A stretch of DNA of 64,000 bases from Rhizaria sp. SCN 62-66. Lineage: Eukaryota. The notes beneath the pieces were generated by a model that did no database searches, was not told the origin of the DNA, and saw nothing but the letters and a program-made list of their open reading frames with translations. The stretch is taken from NCBI GenBank assembly GCA_001724265.1, contig MEDY01000021.1, positions 1-64,000 on the forward strand. The letters run 5' to 3'. A program made the position numbers and the translations under genes. Positions 46,308 through 61,119 of this stretch are shown piece by piece (position 1 is the stretch's first letter; each line of letters begins with the position of its first letter).

Positions 46308-49300
46308 ATGGGCGCGACGTGCTCCCAGGAGCGTCCCGTGGAGAAGGTCAACATGTACGACAAACAGCGCATGTGGACCACCTACTCCCTGGTAAACCGT
46401 GACGAGCGCGAGCTTGACAGCAATCAAAGCCACGAATTCTGGCCTGGTGTTCTCGGCTTCGACCGCGAAGTCATCCGCCTTGACCGCGGCTGCTGCGCTG
46501 ACGACTCCCTTGACCAGACCTACGGCATCCCGGACGTGCGCGTGCTGGAAGATGACGATGACCCCGAGCCCACCGCCGGCTCCAAAGACAAGGACGACAA
46601 CCGTCCAAAGCCAAAGCCCGCCGAGCTTAAGCCGACAGTCACTCTCCGCGGCGCGCACGACGACATCTGGTTTGATGATATCTACGATGCAACGAACAAG
46701 CTCGCCACTTCGCGCGATTTCGTCGCTTTGAACGAAAAGGAGACAGAGCAGCTTCAGCGTATGCGTGAGGAGCGCCCCGCTTTCTCCCGCCTCACCAAGC
46801 ACGACTCCAGCCTCAGCAACTCCAACCCCGACGCAAACGCGGCCATTACTGACAGCGCCTCCGACGCCTCTGCGGCCGCCTCCGCGACCTCAGCCTCCGC
46901 GGAGACCACCGACGCCGCTTCCCCCGACGACACCGACGACCTTGAGGGCGGCGGCTTATCCACCGCGGCCCTCTTGGCCAAGCACGGTCCGCTGTCGCTG
47001 GGCGGCGGCACGGGCGAGGGCGGCGCTGAGGGTGAGACGGGCGACGGCCCGGCCTCCGGCGACACGCCGACGCCGCTGCCGACTTACACGCCCCGCACGC
47101 GCGAAGCGATGCAGAAGGAAGCCGAGGCCGAGGCCGAGTCGGACGGCGGCATTTCGCCCGATGAGGAGGACTCACCCGCAGAGCTCATTGACGAGCTGCT
47201 TGGCAACGCCGACTCGGACGAGTCCGCCTCGGACGACGACAACGAGGCCAAGCACGCCGACGACAATGGCGAAGACCACGGTGAAGGCGAAGGCGTTGAC
47301 AGGGAGAAGGCGCAGAAGGCTGCCGCAGAGCGCGCCGAACGCGCCGAGCGCCGCCGCCAGCGCCGCGCGCGCGACCCGCGCACGCAGTATCGCATCATGA
47401 TGGCGATGCTCAACGGCATGTCCCGCGACCAGGCCGCCGCCTACGACCGCGAGCTCCGCGTCGCCGAGCGCGCCGCCCGCAAGGCGCAGCGCAAGGCGCT
47501 TGCGGCCTCGCTCGGCATGACCGAGGAGCAGGTTGTCGCGCTCGCCGCCGAGGTGCGCGACCGCGAGCGCGCGGAGAAGCTTGCGCGGCTGCAGGCGGAG
47601 CGCGCGGCGCGGCGTGCGGCGCGCGAGGAAGTCAAGCTCGCGAAGCAGACGCTGCGCGAGGCCCACCACAAGGCGTGGGAGGAGAAGCAGATCGCCCGCG
47701 CGCTGGCCGCGGAGCGCGCGCGACAGGAGGCCGAGGCCGAGGAGCACCGCGCCGCGATGGAGCGGCTCGCGCGCGTCGCTGCCGGTCTTGACGGGCCTGC
47801 CGCCGTGGCGCGCGAGACGTACGACTTCTCGCACATCAAGTTCGGTATTCTCACCGAGGAAGAAAAGATCCGCAACGAGCTCAAGGAGGAGGCGCAGACT
47901 GAGGAAGAGAAGGCCGAAGAAGAGCGCCGCCACCTCCGCGCCCTTCGCCGCGCGCGCCGTCTGGGACTCACGGGCGAGGCGCTCCAGGCGTACTTGGCCC
48001 GCGAAAAGGCCAAGGCGGACGAAGAGCGCCGCGCGCGCCGTGACGCCATCGCGGCCGGCGGCGCGGACGCCGCCGCCGCGGCTGCCGCCGCCGAGGCTGC
48101 CGAGGCCTCCGACGGCGCAGGCAAGGTGCGCCGGCCCGGCACGCGTCTCCCGCCCGGCTTCCGCATGCCCGAGGCCGAGGCCGATGCGCTGGCGCAGATC
48201 CGCGTCGCCGCGGCATCTGCGCAGGCGCGCAAGGATGCAGGCGTCACTGGCGACGAGGACGAGGACTTTAGGGACGACGAGCACGCTCATGGCCCTTCTC
48301 ACAGCCACGGTGACGACCACGTCGCGCCGCCCGGCGGCGCCAGCACAGCCTCTGCCGCGGCCATCTCCGCCGTCGTGGCCGCCGAGACCGAGGCGTTGTC
48401 GTACGAGGCCGCCCAGCAGCAGCGCGCAGCCACCGAGGCCGCCGCGCTGGCCAAACTGCACCTGCCGCCCGTGGCGCAGGGCGACGAAGGCACGACGCAC
48501 CTCCAGGTCGCACCCAAGGGCCGCGTCGACCCCGCCAAGGAGGTGATCGAAGAGGGCGTGCGCTTGATCAACGAGAACGAGCTGAGGTGGTGGGAAGAGA
48601 AGCTTCTGTCGAAGCTGTCCTCTGACTGGTCATCGTTCTCGAAGGAAAAGGGCAAGTTCCGCATGTTTAAGGCCAAGATCTCCGCGCTCGATCTCGCCAA
48701 CGCGCCTCAGTCCGGCCTGCAGGCGTTCATCAGTGAGATCTTTATTCCGCATTCGACGCCGATGCAGGTGTTCCACTCGCTCTACGACCTCGACGCGCGC
48801 AAGTCGTGGGATCTTGGGTACCTGAAGAACGAGGTGACCCATGAGTTCCAGGGCCACCCGTTCCACAACGAGGTCTGGTTCACGCGTAACGAGGTCCCCA
48901 TGATCAAATCGCGCGACTTCCTCTGCATCCGTGCCTACACAATGTACCGCGACCTCCGCACCCTGTTCAAGCACCGTCTCGCCAAGACGGATATGAGCGA
49001 CGCCGAGGCCGCCAAGTGTATCATCCCCGCGCGGTACGAGTCGCGCGAGGCCCTGCGCGCGGACGCCGCCGGTGAAATCGCGGCGATTAGCTACATGTAC
49101 CGCTCGATTGACCACCACTCGGTTCCGGAGAACAAGGACACGTTGCGCGCGTGGTCGCAGGGCGCGGCGTTCATCTACCGCGTCCCGGCGCCCACCGACG
49201 GGCTTGGCGAGGGCTTGAACCCGCCCGACGAGACGCTGACGCAGGGCCGCGAGGGCTGCATGGTGTACTTCGTGTCCGCCACCGACCCCCGCGGATCGAT

Positions 49301-49403
49301 TCCTTCTTTCCTGGTCAACACGGCCGGCGTGTCGGGGTTTAAGGACTGGGTCAACAAGTTCACCAATCACCACCTCAAGATGCACGATAACTCCACCGCG
49401 TAA
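46308..49403 (+). CDS. START/SRPBCC lipid-transfer domain protein with N-terminal acylation motif and central coiled coil
   Basis: C-terminal LYDLDARKSWD, PMIKSRDFL, YRSIDHHSVP, DPRGSIPSFLVN typical of START domains; starts MGATCS; R/E/A-rich centre. Confidence 0.85.
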   Translation: MGATCSQERPVEKVNMYDKQRMWTTYSLVNRDERELDSNQSHEFWPGVLGFDREVIRLDRGCCADDSLDQTYGIPDVRVLEDDDDPEPTAGSKDKDDNRPKPKPAELKPTVTLRGAHDDIWFDDIYDATNKLATSRDFVALNEKETEQLQRMREERPAFSRLTKHDSSLSNSNPDANAAITDSASDASAAASATSASAETTDAASPDDTDDLEGGGLSTAALLAKHGPLSLGGGTGEGGAEGETGDGPASGDTPTPLPTYTPRTREAMQKEAEAEAESDGGISPDEEDSPAELIDELLGNADSDESASDDDNEAKHADDNGEDHGEGEGVDREKAQKAAAERAERAERRRQRRARDPRTQYRIMMAMLNGMSRDQAAAYDRELRVAERAARKAQRKALAASLGMTEEQVVALAAEVRDRERAEKLARLQAERAARRAAREEVKLAKQTLREAHHKAWEEKQIARALAAERARQEAEAEEHRAAMERLARVAAGLDGPAAVARETYDFSHIKFGILTEEEKIRNELKEEAQTEEEKAEEERRHLRALRRARRLGLTGEALQAYLAREKAKADEERRARRDAIAAGGADAAAAAAAAEAAEASDGAGKVRRPGTRLPPGFRMPEAEADALAQIRVAAASAQARKDAGVTGDEDEDFRDDEHAHGPSHSHGDDHVAPPGGASTASAAAISAVVAAETEALSYEAAQQQRAATEAAALAKLHLPPVAQGDEGTTHLQVAPKGRVDPAKEVIEEGVRLINENELRWWEEKLLSKLSSDWSSFSKEKGKFRMFKAKISALDLANAPQSGLQAFISEIFIPHSTPMQVFHSLYDLDARKSWDLGYLKNEVTHEFQGHPFHNEVWFTRNEVPMIKSRDFLCIRAYTMYRDLRTLFKHRLAKTDMSDAEAAKCIIPARYESREALRADAAGEIAAISYMYRSIDHHSVPENKDTLRAWSQGAAFIYRVPAPTDGLGEGLNPPDETLTQGREGCMVYFVSATDPRGSIPSFLVNTAGVSGFKDWVNKFTNHHLKMHDNSTA

Positions 49404-49968
49404 TTAGTGTCGCGGCGTGAGAGTGCGAGTTGATTGACATGTGCTTGATGGAGTTCGGGGAATACTAGCTTTGTGATGCTAGCAAAGATAAAGTTATATT
49501 CAGAGTTTAGCCGTGTACTTGGACGTGTCTACCTTCATGAATAGGATAATACACAGAGGTCGCAATATTTTAGGAAATCAATTCAGACCTCGTTGTGTGC
49601 GCAAGTGTGAGTCTTTGTATTTGCTGGAGCGGGAAATATAAACATAGAAATTCGTGACTGTCACGAGCACGCTTTACACAAAGATACACCATCACAAGTG
49701 CAGGACGAGTGAACAAAGTACATGTACATCGTACCAGAAGTGAAGTGTTAAGCTGAAAAGCCGTGTTTGCTGTGCAAAATGAGCACGACAAACTGGGGAG
49801 TTGAAATAAGGATAGAACAAAGAGTGCCTTGCTTCGTCAAAGCAAGACATCCTGAAAATTAACAAAACAAAACATCGGGAAATTACCACACAAGACTCTA
49901 TCACATCGTAATCCCAAAGAGTCTGTGTCGATACTCTCGGCAGGATATAAGTACGTGCGAGAACTGAC

Positions 49969-52464
<2,496 letters not shown>

Positions 52465-54386
52465 TGCTGGTCTAAAATACCATCAAATACAAACAACGAG
52501 AGCATATGGCGTTCGTTTCGAGGAACACATAATGTAGAAATTGGCGGGGAGGGGCCGGAAGTGAGCTGTGGTCGTCGAGAAGAAAAACCATAAATCACAA
52601 TTATCACAATGTATATGGCCAAATGTGCAGGTACCAAGCTGGTATTTCTGCACAGCAACTACTGGAACATACTGTAAGCTGGCTTTGTACGCTGTAGTGA
52701 AGATATGTGTTGCGCTAGGGATGCATAATAGCAATGGCGGGAAGGGCTAGTGACGTCTCTACCTGGACTTCCTTAGGTAGGTTCAGTTGACGTGCACAAT
52801 GGCCTCAAAAGAAGCTCGTATATAGAGAAAATGACAAACACCCCAACACGGTGTTATAAAAACAAATCAATTCCGGTATCAACGGGCTATGCAACGCATA
52901 GCCAGAGAGAAGCTCCGCGCGCCGCACCTAATGACGCGGCTCGCAGTTGGTCGGCCGTCGATCAAAAAGTGACCGTGAGCGCGATGGTGGGATCGAGATC
53001 CAGAAACGCAAACAAAGACGTATCCAACCAAGTGTCATATGGTCGTGGTAGTCGAATTATACCATAACATTGGATAGTTCATTGACCAAAATCATGAAGT
53101 TCCAAATGATTGCTTATGTTACGAAGGGTTGATCGTGTGGCGCGTTTTTTCCTTCAGGTCAAAGTAGAGATCTGAACAGCAGCCAAAACGACTGTCTCTC
53201 TCCGTCCTCACGTAAAAACGGGGTACTAGTATGGAGCTGGAGACCGCATAGTTATCAGCTTCGCCTCGTTGGCTATGATGTCGGCCGCGTGACTGCCGTG
53301 ATGTGACACTGCGCATTGAGAGTTGCTCCACGTCTTGTCGTTGTTATTGAAAACGACACTGCCTGCCCTACTGGCACCACTTATGATGCGTGATGTGCGG
53401 GCTCTTCAGCCTTGAGCTCGTCGAGGCGTTGATGGGTGTACATCGCGGTAGGATCGCCGTCGTTCTTTGTGTGCTCGTTCAGAGCATGCCGTTGTGCATG
53501 CGGTCTTCGACGTAGCTCTGTGTGGGTCTGCCTGATGACTTATCAGACAGATTGGCAATTTCATCGCAAGATGATGGGCCTCGTCGATCCAAGTCTGAGT
53601 ATATCACCATCAAATGCTTTTAAATACCCCAACATATTTATTTCTCCGTAAGTGTCACTATCCCTTAAAAGGGCCGGCATACTGAGAGAGTAAGGCATAT
53701 CTCACTCACAAAAATGAGTATACTTGAAATAATAAAGCTAAAACCAAAAACAAAATGCACAATTAAGCTAATCATAAAGATCTTGAATTCTCATAGCTAG
53801 CAGTATAGAGCTCAGCTATCAAGTTTAATGTAACTTGCTCACGGTCATCTAGGACAAGGCTGGGGGTTGCAGAGTAGTGAGGCCGCAGGTCAAAGCGTAT
53901 TGCAAGTCATGTCAAGCCAGGGCTTACTTTCGTACAAACATGGCACCCACTGAATAATCAAGATATGCACTCCTTGGTGGCGGAAATAACCATTAATAAT
54001 ATTGAGAATGTCTGTGAGGGATACGCGCGAAGCGTATAGTCCTGGGAAAAGTTTGCAAGGATGAGACTTCGAGTGTGAGGGCTCAAATTCACTCCCCCCA
54101 TATCCCTGTTCTCCCTGCCGATGTACATGCACTCGTGAGGATAATAGTGTAAGCTCCCATATCGCAAGCCCTGATTTCTTTCTGCTGGGCGTGAGTCCCG
54201 TTCAAATTCCGCCTCAAATCGACTTTCTTTTGCCGCCCTATTTTGAATTTGACCTCACTAGCCTTCGCGCCCACAGTCATCCAGACCCTCCACACCACCA
54301 TATCAGCCACATCTGCCACCCCAGCGTGTTTCTAACCTTTCGCTGGCCCTCGCGCCTCATTCCCAGCCTCTCGCTTGCTTCCCCGC

Positions 54387-57300
54387 ATGAGCAGTGTGCC
54401 GCAAGTCCCCGTCGCAGGCGCCTCAGCCGACGCCTCCGACCTCACCTCCCCACCTCCTCAGTCGGCTCCACTGGGCGCTCTGCCACCCGTGCCGAGCATC
54501 CCCACTGTCGTCGTGCCGCAGTTCCTCATCGGACAGCCCCCGCAGCCGACGCAGTCCTCGGCCACCGCGGCTTCCCCCACTGATGGCTCTTCCGCCGCTT
54601 CCGGGGGCCTCCAGTCCGACGCCGACGTCGACGGCAACAGTAACGCTAACAAGCCCTCCGACGCCGCTGCTGCTGCAGCTGACTCAGTTGCTGCAGCCAA
54701 CGGTGCCCCGCGCCAGCAGCCGCCCCCACTTGGCTCTGACGCCGCTGCCGCGCAACAACAACAACAACAACAGCAGCAGCAGTACCAGCAGGCACTCGCC
54801 GGCATGGGCATGATGCGTCCGCCGGGCGCCGCCGGTGCCCCCGCGCCCGCCGCCGCCGCCCCGGCCGCCTCCGCGAGCCACCTGCCGTACATTTCCCTGC
54901 CGCCGATGACGCAGATGTCGCAGATGTCGCAGCTGCCCGCGCCGCTCGCGCCCCCGCCGCCGCCCCACGGCCAGCTCCCCGGTCAAATGGGGCCCCCTGG
55001 GCCCGGTCAGCTGGGCCCCGGGCCGCTCGCCGCGCCCGGCCACGGTCAGCTGACCGGCCCCGGTCAAATGGGTCCCCCCGGCCAGCTCAGCCAGCTCCCC
55101 GGGCAACTCCCCGGTCAAATGCCTCCCGCCACCGCTGCGCAGCATATGGCGGCCCTGCACGCCCACAGTCACGCGCACGGAACGCACGGGACCCACGGTC
55201 CGCTGGGCCCGCTCCTGACGCTCAACGACGTCGCCACCTCGGCCAGCAGCAGTGCCGCGCTTGCCACGCAGCTCCAGGCGCAGGCCAGTCAGATCCAGCA
55301 GGCCCAGGCCCAGGCGCAGGCGACGCAGCAGATGCAGGCACAGGCCATGGCCGCCGCGGCGGCCGCGCTCGCCGCTGCCCAGGGCCCCGCCGCAGCCGCA
55401 GCCGCCGCGGCCGCAGCCAACAGCGGCGCAATCAACAGCAGCAACAGCGGCGGGGGCGGCGCCGCCGCCAGCAGCAGCCGCAGCCCCGCGGGCTCCGAGG
55501 CCGACGCCGCCTCCCGTGGGGACGCCACCAGCGTCAACGGCGGTGGCGCCGGCGGTGACGGCGACGATGATCATGATGACGGCGGTGTGTCACAGAACAG
55601 CAAGCGCCGCCGCATCGCCTCTGGCCCCGGTGGCGCCGCGGGCAAGGACGACGGTGGCAACGTCACCGCCGCGCTGGCGGCCCCGCACCCGCCGCCGCAC
55701 GGCCACGCCCACGGTCACGCCCACGGTCATGCCCACGGTCACGCCCACGGACTCATGAACGTCGGGCTCCCCGGCGTCGGCGTCGGCGGTGTGGCTGTGG
55801 GCGTGCCCGCGATCGGACAAGTGCACATGCCGTCGCAGGCCGAGTCCTCCGCCGCCGCGGCCGCCGCCATCGCTGCCGCCGCGGCCGCTGCGAACCAGCA
55901 GCAGGCGCAGGCGCAAGCCCAAGTGCAGCAGCAGCAACAGCAGCAGCAGCAGCAGCAGGGCCAGCAAGGCCCGCAGCAGCTGCCGCCGCACCTGCAGCAG
56001 CACCACGCGCACAGCCACGGTCACTTGACCGCCGCCCACGGTCACCTGCACCCGGGGCCGCCGCACCCGCACGCGCACGCGCCGCCGCCACACCACGGCC
56101 ACGTGCCGCCGCCGCCGCACGCGCACCTGCACCCACACCAGCAGCATCAGCACCAGCACCCGCATCACCAGCTGCTGAGTGTGGACCCCAACGACATGGT
56201 CTCCGCCGCCGCCGCCGCTGCCGCCGTGGCCGCGTCCAACCAGCAGGCAGCGCAGAACCAGGCCCAGCAGCAGCAGCAGCAACAGCAACAGCAAGCGCAG
56301 CAGCAGATGCAGCAGCAGCAGGTAGTCGAGTCGCAGGTCGACGGAATGATCTTCCCCAGTAGCTCGACGGGCCGCAAGAAGTACACCGCCGAGCTCAAGC
56401 TGCAAATCGTGCAAGAGGCCATCTCTGAGGGCACGATGAAGATCTCCAAGAAGTACGGCGTCAACGCGCGCCAGATCCAGCGTTGGCGACACAACCAGGA
56501 CGACTTGAAGAAGATGGACCAGATGCAGACGCGCGTCAAGCCTTCCGGCCGGCCCCCGCTCTACGCCCACTTGCAGGAGGAGCTCGCGGACGAGGTATGT
56601 GCAATATGAAGCCGAATAACATATTCAATATAATGACACTTGATGAACACTGTTTTGCTATTATCGGCTTTGAGAAAACTTGACTCACACATATTTCTGC
56701 TGTAAACTTTTTAATTCAATTGTGTTGTTATTTTTTGCTGTCTAGGTGCGTCGCCGGTGCGATGAAGGCATGAAGGTAGACGCTACCTTCATCCGCAAGC
56801 GCATGGAAGAGTTGATCGAGAACGACCACACCCGTCGCGGTATCACCCAGCAGCAACAGCAGCAGCACCAGCAGGCTCAGCAACAGGCCCAGCAGCAACA
56901 GCAGCAGCAGCCGCAGCTGATGCACATGGACCCCATGATGGCGAGCCATTACCTGGCCCACGCGCAGCAGCACCAGCACATGGGGCCGCCCCCGCACGGC
57001 CAGCTGCCACCCCACGGCCACCCGGGCGCCCACGGTCACGGTCCTCACGGCCACCCGCCCGTGCCGGACCCGTCCGCGGTGGCCGTCGCCGGGCTCGACC
57101 CCAACGCCGTCTCGCTCGCCGCCGCCGCGGCCGCCGCGGCCGCCGCCGCCAACTCGCAGCCCCACGGCCACGGCGGCCCGCCCCCGCACAACCCGCTGGC
57201 GCCGCACGGCCCCCACGGGCCCCACGGGCAGCTCCCCGTCGGCGTCGTCGGCATGCCGCCCGGCGGCGCCGGCGCGGGCGGCAACAACCCCGCCGCCGCA

Positions 57301-58776
57301 GCCGCCGCAGCCGCCGCGGCCGCTGCCGCTGCCATTGCCGCCACCTCGCGCCGGCCGCAGATGCCTCCCGGTGCCGCCACCGCCGCCGCGGGCGGCAACT
57401 TGGCCGCCGGCGCTGCGGCCGCCGCAGCCGCAGCCGCCGCAGCGGGCATCCGCCGCGGGCTGCCCGGTCTGGACGGCAAGCCCGACGACGGCCAGCAGCA
57501 ACAGCAGCAGCAGCAGGGCGGAAACGGCGGCGGGCTCCCGGGCGTGTCGGTGGTGCCTCCCGGCGTCGTCGGCGTCAACGGCGTCCCCGTGCCGGGCGTC
57601 GTCCCGGTCCCGGGAGTCGTTCCCGTCGGCGCGATCCCCGCCCAGATGCTCATGACCCCCAACGCCGTCGCCGCCGCCGCGGCCGTCGCGGCTGCCGCGG
57701 CGGCGTCGTCAAACAGCAACGCTCTCATCAATGCCGGCGTCGGCAGCGGCACGGTCACCGTGCCCGGAAGCTCGAAGCGCGGCATCAGCAACGGGTTCGT
57801 CAACTCGTTCCTCCGCAGGTTCAAGATCGGCAATACGCCCGCCACCGGCGGCAGCGGCGGCGGCAGCGGCAGCGGGGCTGGTGGCGGCGGCATCACCATG
57901 TCGGGCGGCGGCGGCGCGATGGGCGCCCACGGTCACGGCCACGGTGCCCACAGTCATCACGCGCACAGTCAGGCCCATGCCCAGCAGCACCAGCAGCAGC
58001 AACAGGCTCAGCAGCACCAGCAGCACTCGGCTGTCGCGGCCGCTAATGCCGCCGCCGCCGCCGCCGTCGCCGCTGCGGCTCAGAACGCGGCTGCCGGCGG
58101 CCAACAGCAGCAGTCTCAGCAGCAGCAACAGCAGGCGCAACAGCAGCAGGCTCAGCAGCAGCAGCAACAGCAGCAACAGGGTGCGCTGAGCGCCGCCATC
58201 GCCAGCCAGGCCCAACAGCAACAACAACAGCAGCAGCAGCAGCAGCAGGGCCAGGGCCAGAACCCCGTCTCTGGCGCTGCCGCTGCGAACGCGATGCTCT
58301 CGTCAAACAACCCTGCGGCCGCTGCCGCCGCTGCTGTCGCCGCCGCCGCCGTGGCCGCCGCGGCCAACAGCGCGGCCGCGGCCGCGGCCGGGGGTGGTCC
58401 CGTGCCGCCGCCGCCGCCGCCGCCGCCCGTGGTGCCGCCGATGTACGGCGCGGCGCCGCCGCAGACCATGCCGCCGCAGGCGATGCCGCCGCCGCACGGA
58501 CACGCGCCCCACGGGCACGCGCCCCACGGGCACGGGCACGGGCAGGGCCCGACACTGGGGATCCCGATCTCGGGGCTGAACCCGATGACGAACCTGCTGG
58601 GCGGCGGGTCGCTGCCGACGCTGGGCATGCACCCGTTTGCGCCGACGCAGGTGGTGTATCCCGGCGCGATGGGCATGCACCCGGGGCTGATGCCGCCTAT
58701 GGTCATGACCAGTATGGAGGGGAATCCTGCGATGAACCCCAGTCTCATGCCCAATATCAACAACGTCAAGCGGTAA
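54387..58776 (+). CDS. Gln/Ala/Pro/His-rich putative transcription factor with pogo/CENP-B-type tandem HTH DNA-binding domains; exons 54387-56594, 56746-58776
   Basis: RKKYTAELKLQIV...ISKKYGVNARQIQRW (Brinker/psq-like HTH), GRPP linker, LQEELADEVRRRCDEGMKVDATFIRKRMEELI plus displaced ISNGFVNSFLRRFKI (Tc5/CENP-B HTH). GTATGT...tctag intron; no DDE domain. Confidence 0.8.
55701..55748 (+). repeat. 12-nt coding tandem repeat x4 (GHAH)
   Basis: GGYCAYGCCCAC units directly visible. Confidence 0.85.
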
Positions 58777-59391
58777 ACCGGTGCGACAGCAAATAGGATA
58801 AGTAGATTTTTGAAGAAAACCAAAACGACTTAGTATTGTGTTGATGATTTATTTTGTTTTGTGATATGTACGTAAGACGTAGGCTGATGTAAAGCGTAGA
58901 AGTGTGTAAAGAAGATGTGTGATGTATCATAAGTTAAGAGCCTGGTGTGATGAAAGATATGATGGCGCTTTGACAACGATTATGTAAAGAAAGATTGGAC
59001 TTGTTTTCAGTTTAAGCCGTGTGTTGTACATACATTTTTTCCATTGTTCAACCTACGACGCTTCGTCTTCATGTGCAAATATCCCCTCAAAGTGTTGCTA
59101 CCGGTGCGTGACTGATCTGTCTCGATTGGTCCCGAGCCGTCGAATGTTCTCACGCAGAGTGAAGTAGTCAACTTGCGCAGCATATATGTCTTGATTTGCT
59201 CGTACATTAGCTATATAGAGGATTAATTTGTAATTAACACTGAGTTTTCAATCTATCTCTCTTTTAATCCGTCTCTGACTACTGGGCTTGTGCTTATATT
59301 GACCTCACTTTGTTCTCGTGTTTTTGTTCTAAATTTGTGTTGTGTTGTTGCTCGCTCTAGCGCCTCCGAGAGCGCACTAAATCTTCCTAAG

Positions 59392-60682
59392 ATGGGTGCC
59401 CAGGAACGCATCAAGGAGATCGAGGCCGAAATGGCCCGCACTCAGAAGAACAAGGCCACCGAGTATCACCTCGGTCGTCTCAAGGCCCGTCTTGCCATCC
59501 TCCGTGGTGAGATCATGAGGGAGGCCTCCGCTAAGAAGGGCTCTGCCACCGAAGGCTTTGGTACGTCACAACGCACAGATTATCATGTTCATCAGTCTAC
59601 GTATGTCTGTGTAGTTTCTTTAATGCTCCTCAATGTGGTTTTTAGTCTTATCCACACTCACTCCGACTCACATAACTGTTTTCTATGTTCGCTCATCGCT
59701 CCTGCTCTTTTGTCTCTCACCTTCGCTTGCGCTCTTGCTCGCCCACGCAGAGGTTGTCCGCTCCGGCGATGCCCGCATCTCCATGATCGGTTTTCCCTCC
59801 GTCGGTAAGTCCACCATGCTGTCCACGCTCACGGACACGCAGTCCCGCGCCGCCGCGCACGCCTTCACCACGCTGACGTGCATCCCCGGTGTGCTGAAGT
59901 ACAACGACGCGACACTGCAGCTGCTCGATCTGCCCGGCATCATCGAAGGCGCCTCTGGCGGCAAGGGCCGCGGTCGCCAGGTTATCGCCGTCGCCCGCTC
60001 CAGCGACCTCATCCTCATGGTGCTTGACGCCGCGCGCGCCAACGTCGAGCGCCGCCTGCTCACCAAGGAGCTCTACAACGTCGGCATCCGTCTCAACTCG
60101 AAGCGGCCGAACATCTCGATCAAGCCGCGCAAGTTCGGCGGCGTGAGCGTCAACGCGCTCGTTCCGCTGACGCACCTCGACAAGAACCTCGTCCGCGACA
60201 TTCTCGGCATGCACAAGATTCGCTCCGCCGATGTTATTTTCCGCGAAGACTCCACCGTGGACGAGTTCATCGACGTCGTGCTGGCGAACCGGCGCTACCT
60301 GCCGTGTCTCTACGTCGTAAACAAGATCGACACCATCTCGCTAAACGACGTGGACACGTTCGCGCACCGCAAGCACACGACTGTCATCTCGTGCCACCAG
60401 AAGCTCAACCTCGACTACATGTTGTACCAGCTGTGGGAGCACCTGGGCTTCATCCGGCTCTTCACCAAGCCCCGCGGCCGCCGGCCTGACTTCTCCGACC
60501 CGATCATTATGCCGCGGAACGCCACGGTCGAGAACATCTGCGAGCGTATCCACAAGAGCTTCGTTACAAAGTTCAAATACGCGCTGGTGTGGGGCACGTC
60601 GGTGAAGCACCAGCCGCAGCACTGCGGCATCAAGCACGTTCTGCACGATGAGGACGTCGTTGCCATTCACACCTACAAGTAA
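59392..60682 (+). CDS. DRG2: Developmentally regulated GTP-binding protein DRG2/Rbg2; exons 59392-59560, 59751-60682
   Basis: ERIKEIEAEMARTQKNKATEYHLG, GFPSVGKST, FTTLTCIPG, DLPGIIEGA, NKID, TGS domain (YALVWGTSVKH.PQ..G..HVL.DEDVV). Confidence 0.95.
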
Positions 60683-61119
60683 GCAAGCGCAACGAAAAGT
60701 GACAACGCACTGCGTTGCGACGGGAGCAACAACCATTGCGGCTGAATGTTAAGTTTCGATGAGTGCGTGCGGCAATGATATATTGGACTAAGAGTATGTA
60801 GCGTAGAATAGCTACTGTGTTTCAATGGTAGTTTAAATGTATGTGTATGACATAGTAGAGAATTGTTTGTATTGGTGTATGTTTGAAAGCAAATGAGCGT
60901 GCTGCGCTGTGTCTGCGTCGGCCACACAGAGGCTGTGGTCGCCAGAAACAAGCAGATTAGGCGCAAGCGCGAGTGATACAAAGTCAACTTTATAGAACGC
61001 ATTACATCGTCAGAGAAACTTGAATGCTATATATTGAAGATTATCCTTGACAATCTCTACTTTCTGTAAATTATACGTTAAGGCACGCTGATTTAGGTCT
61101 TTAAAGCGTTGTCCCGCGC

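Noticed and set aside
54188-54216. GTTCAAAT B-box/T-loop-like motif, a possible (suppressor) tRNA
   Set aside because: Flanks do not pair into a T-stem and I could not build a cloverleaf.
54387-58776. Active pogo/Tc5 transposon
   Set aside because: No DDE catalytic domain or visible terminal inverted repeats; has an intron and host-like low-complexity regions.
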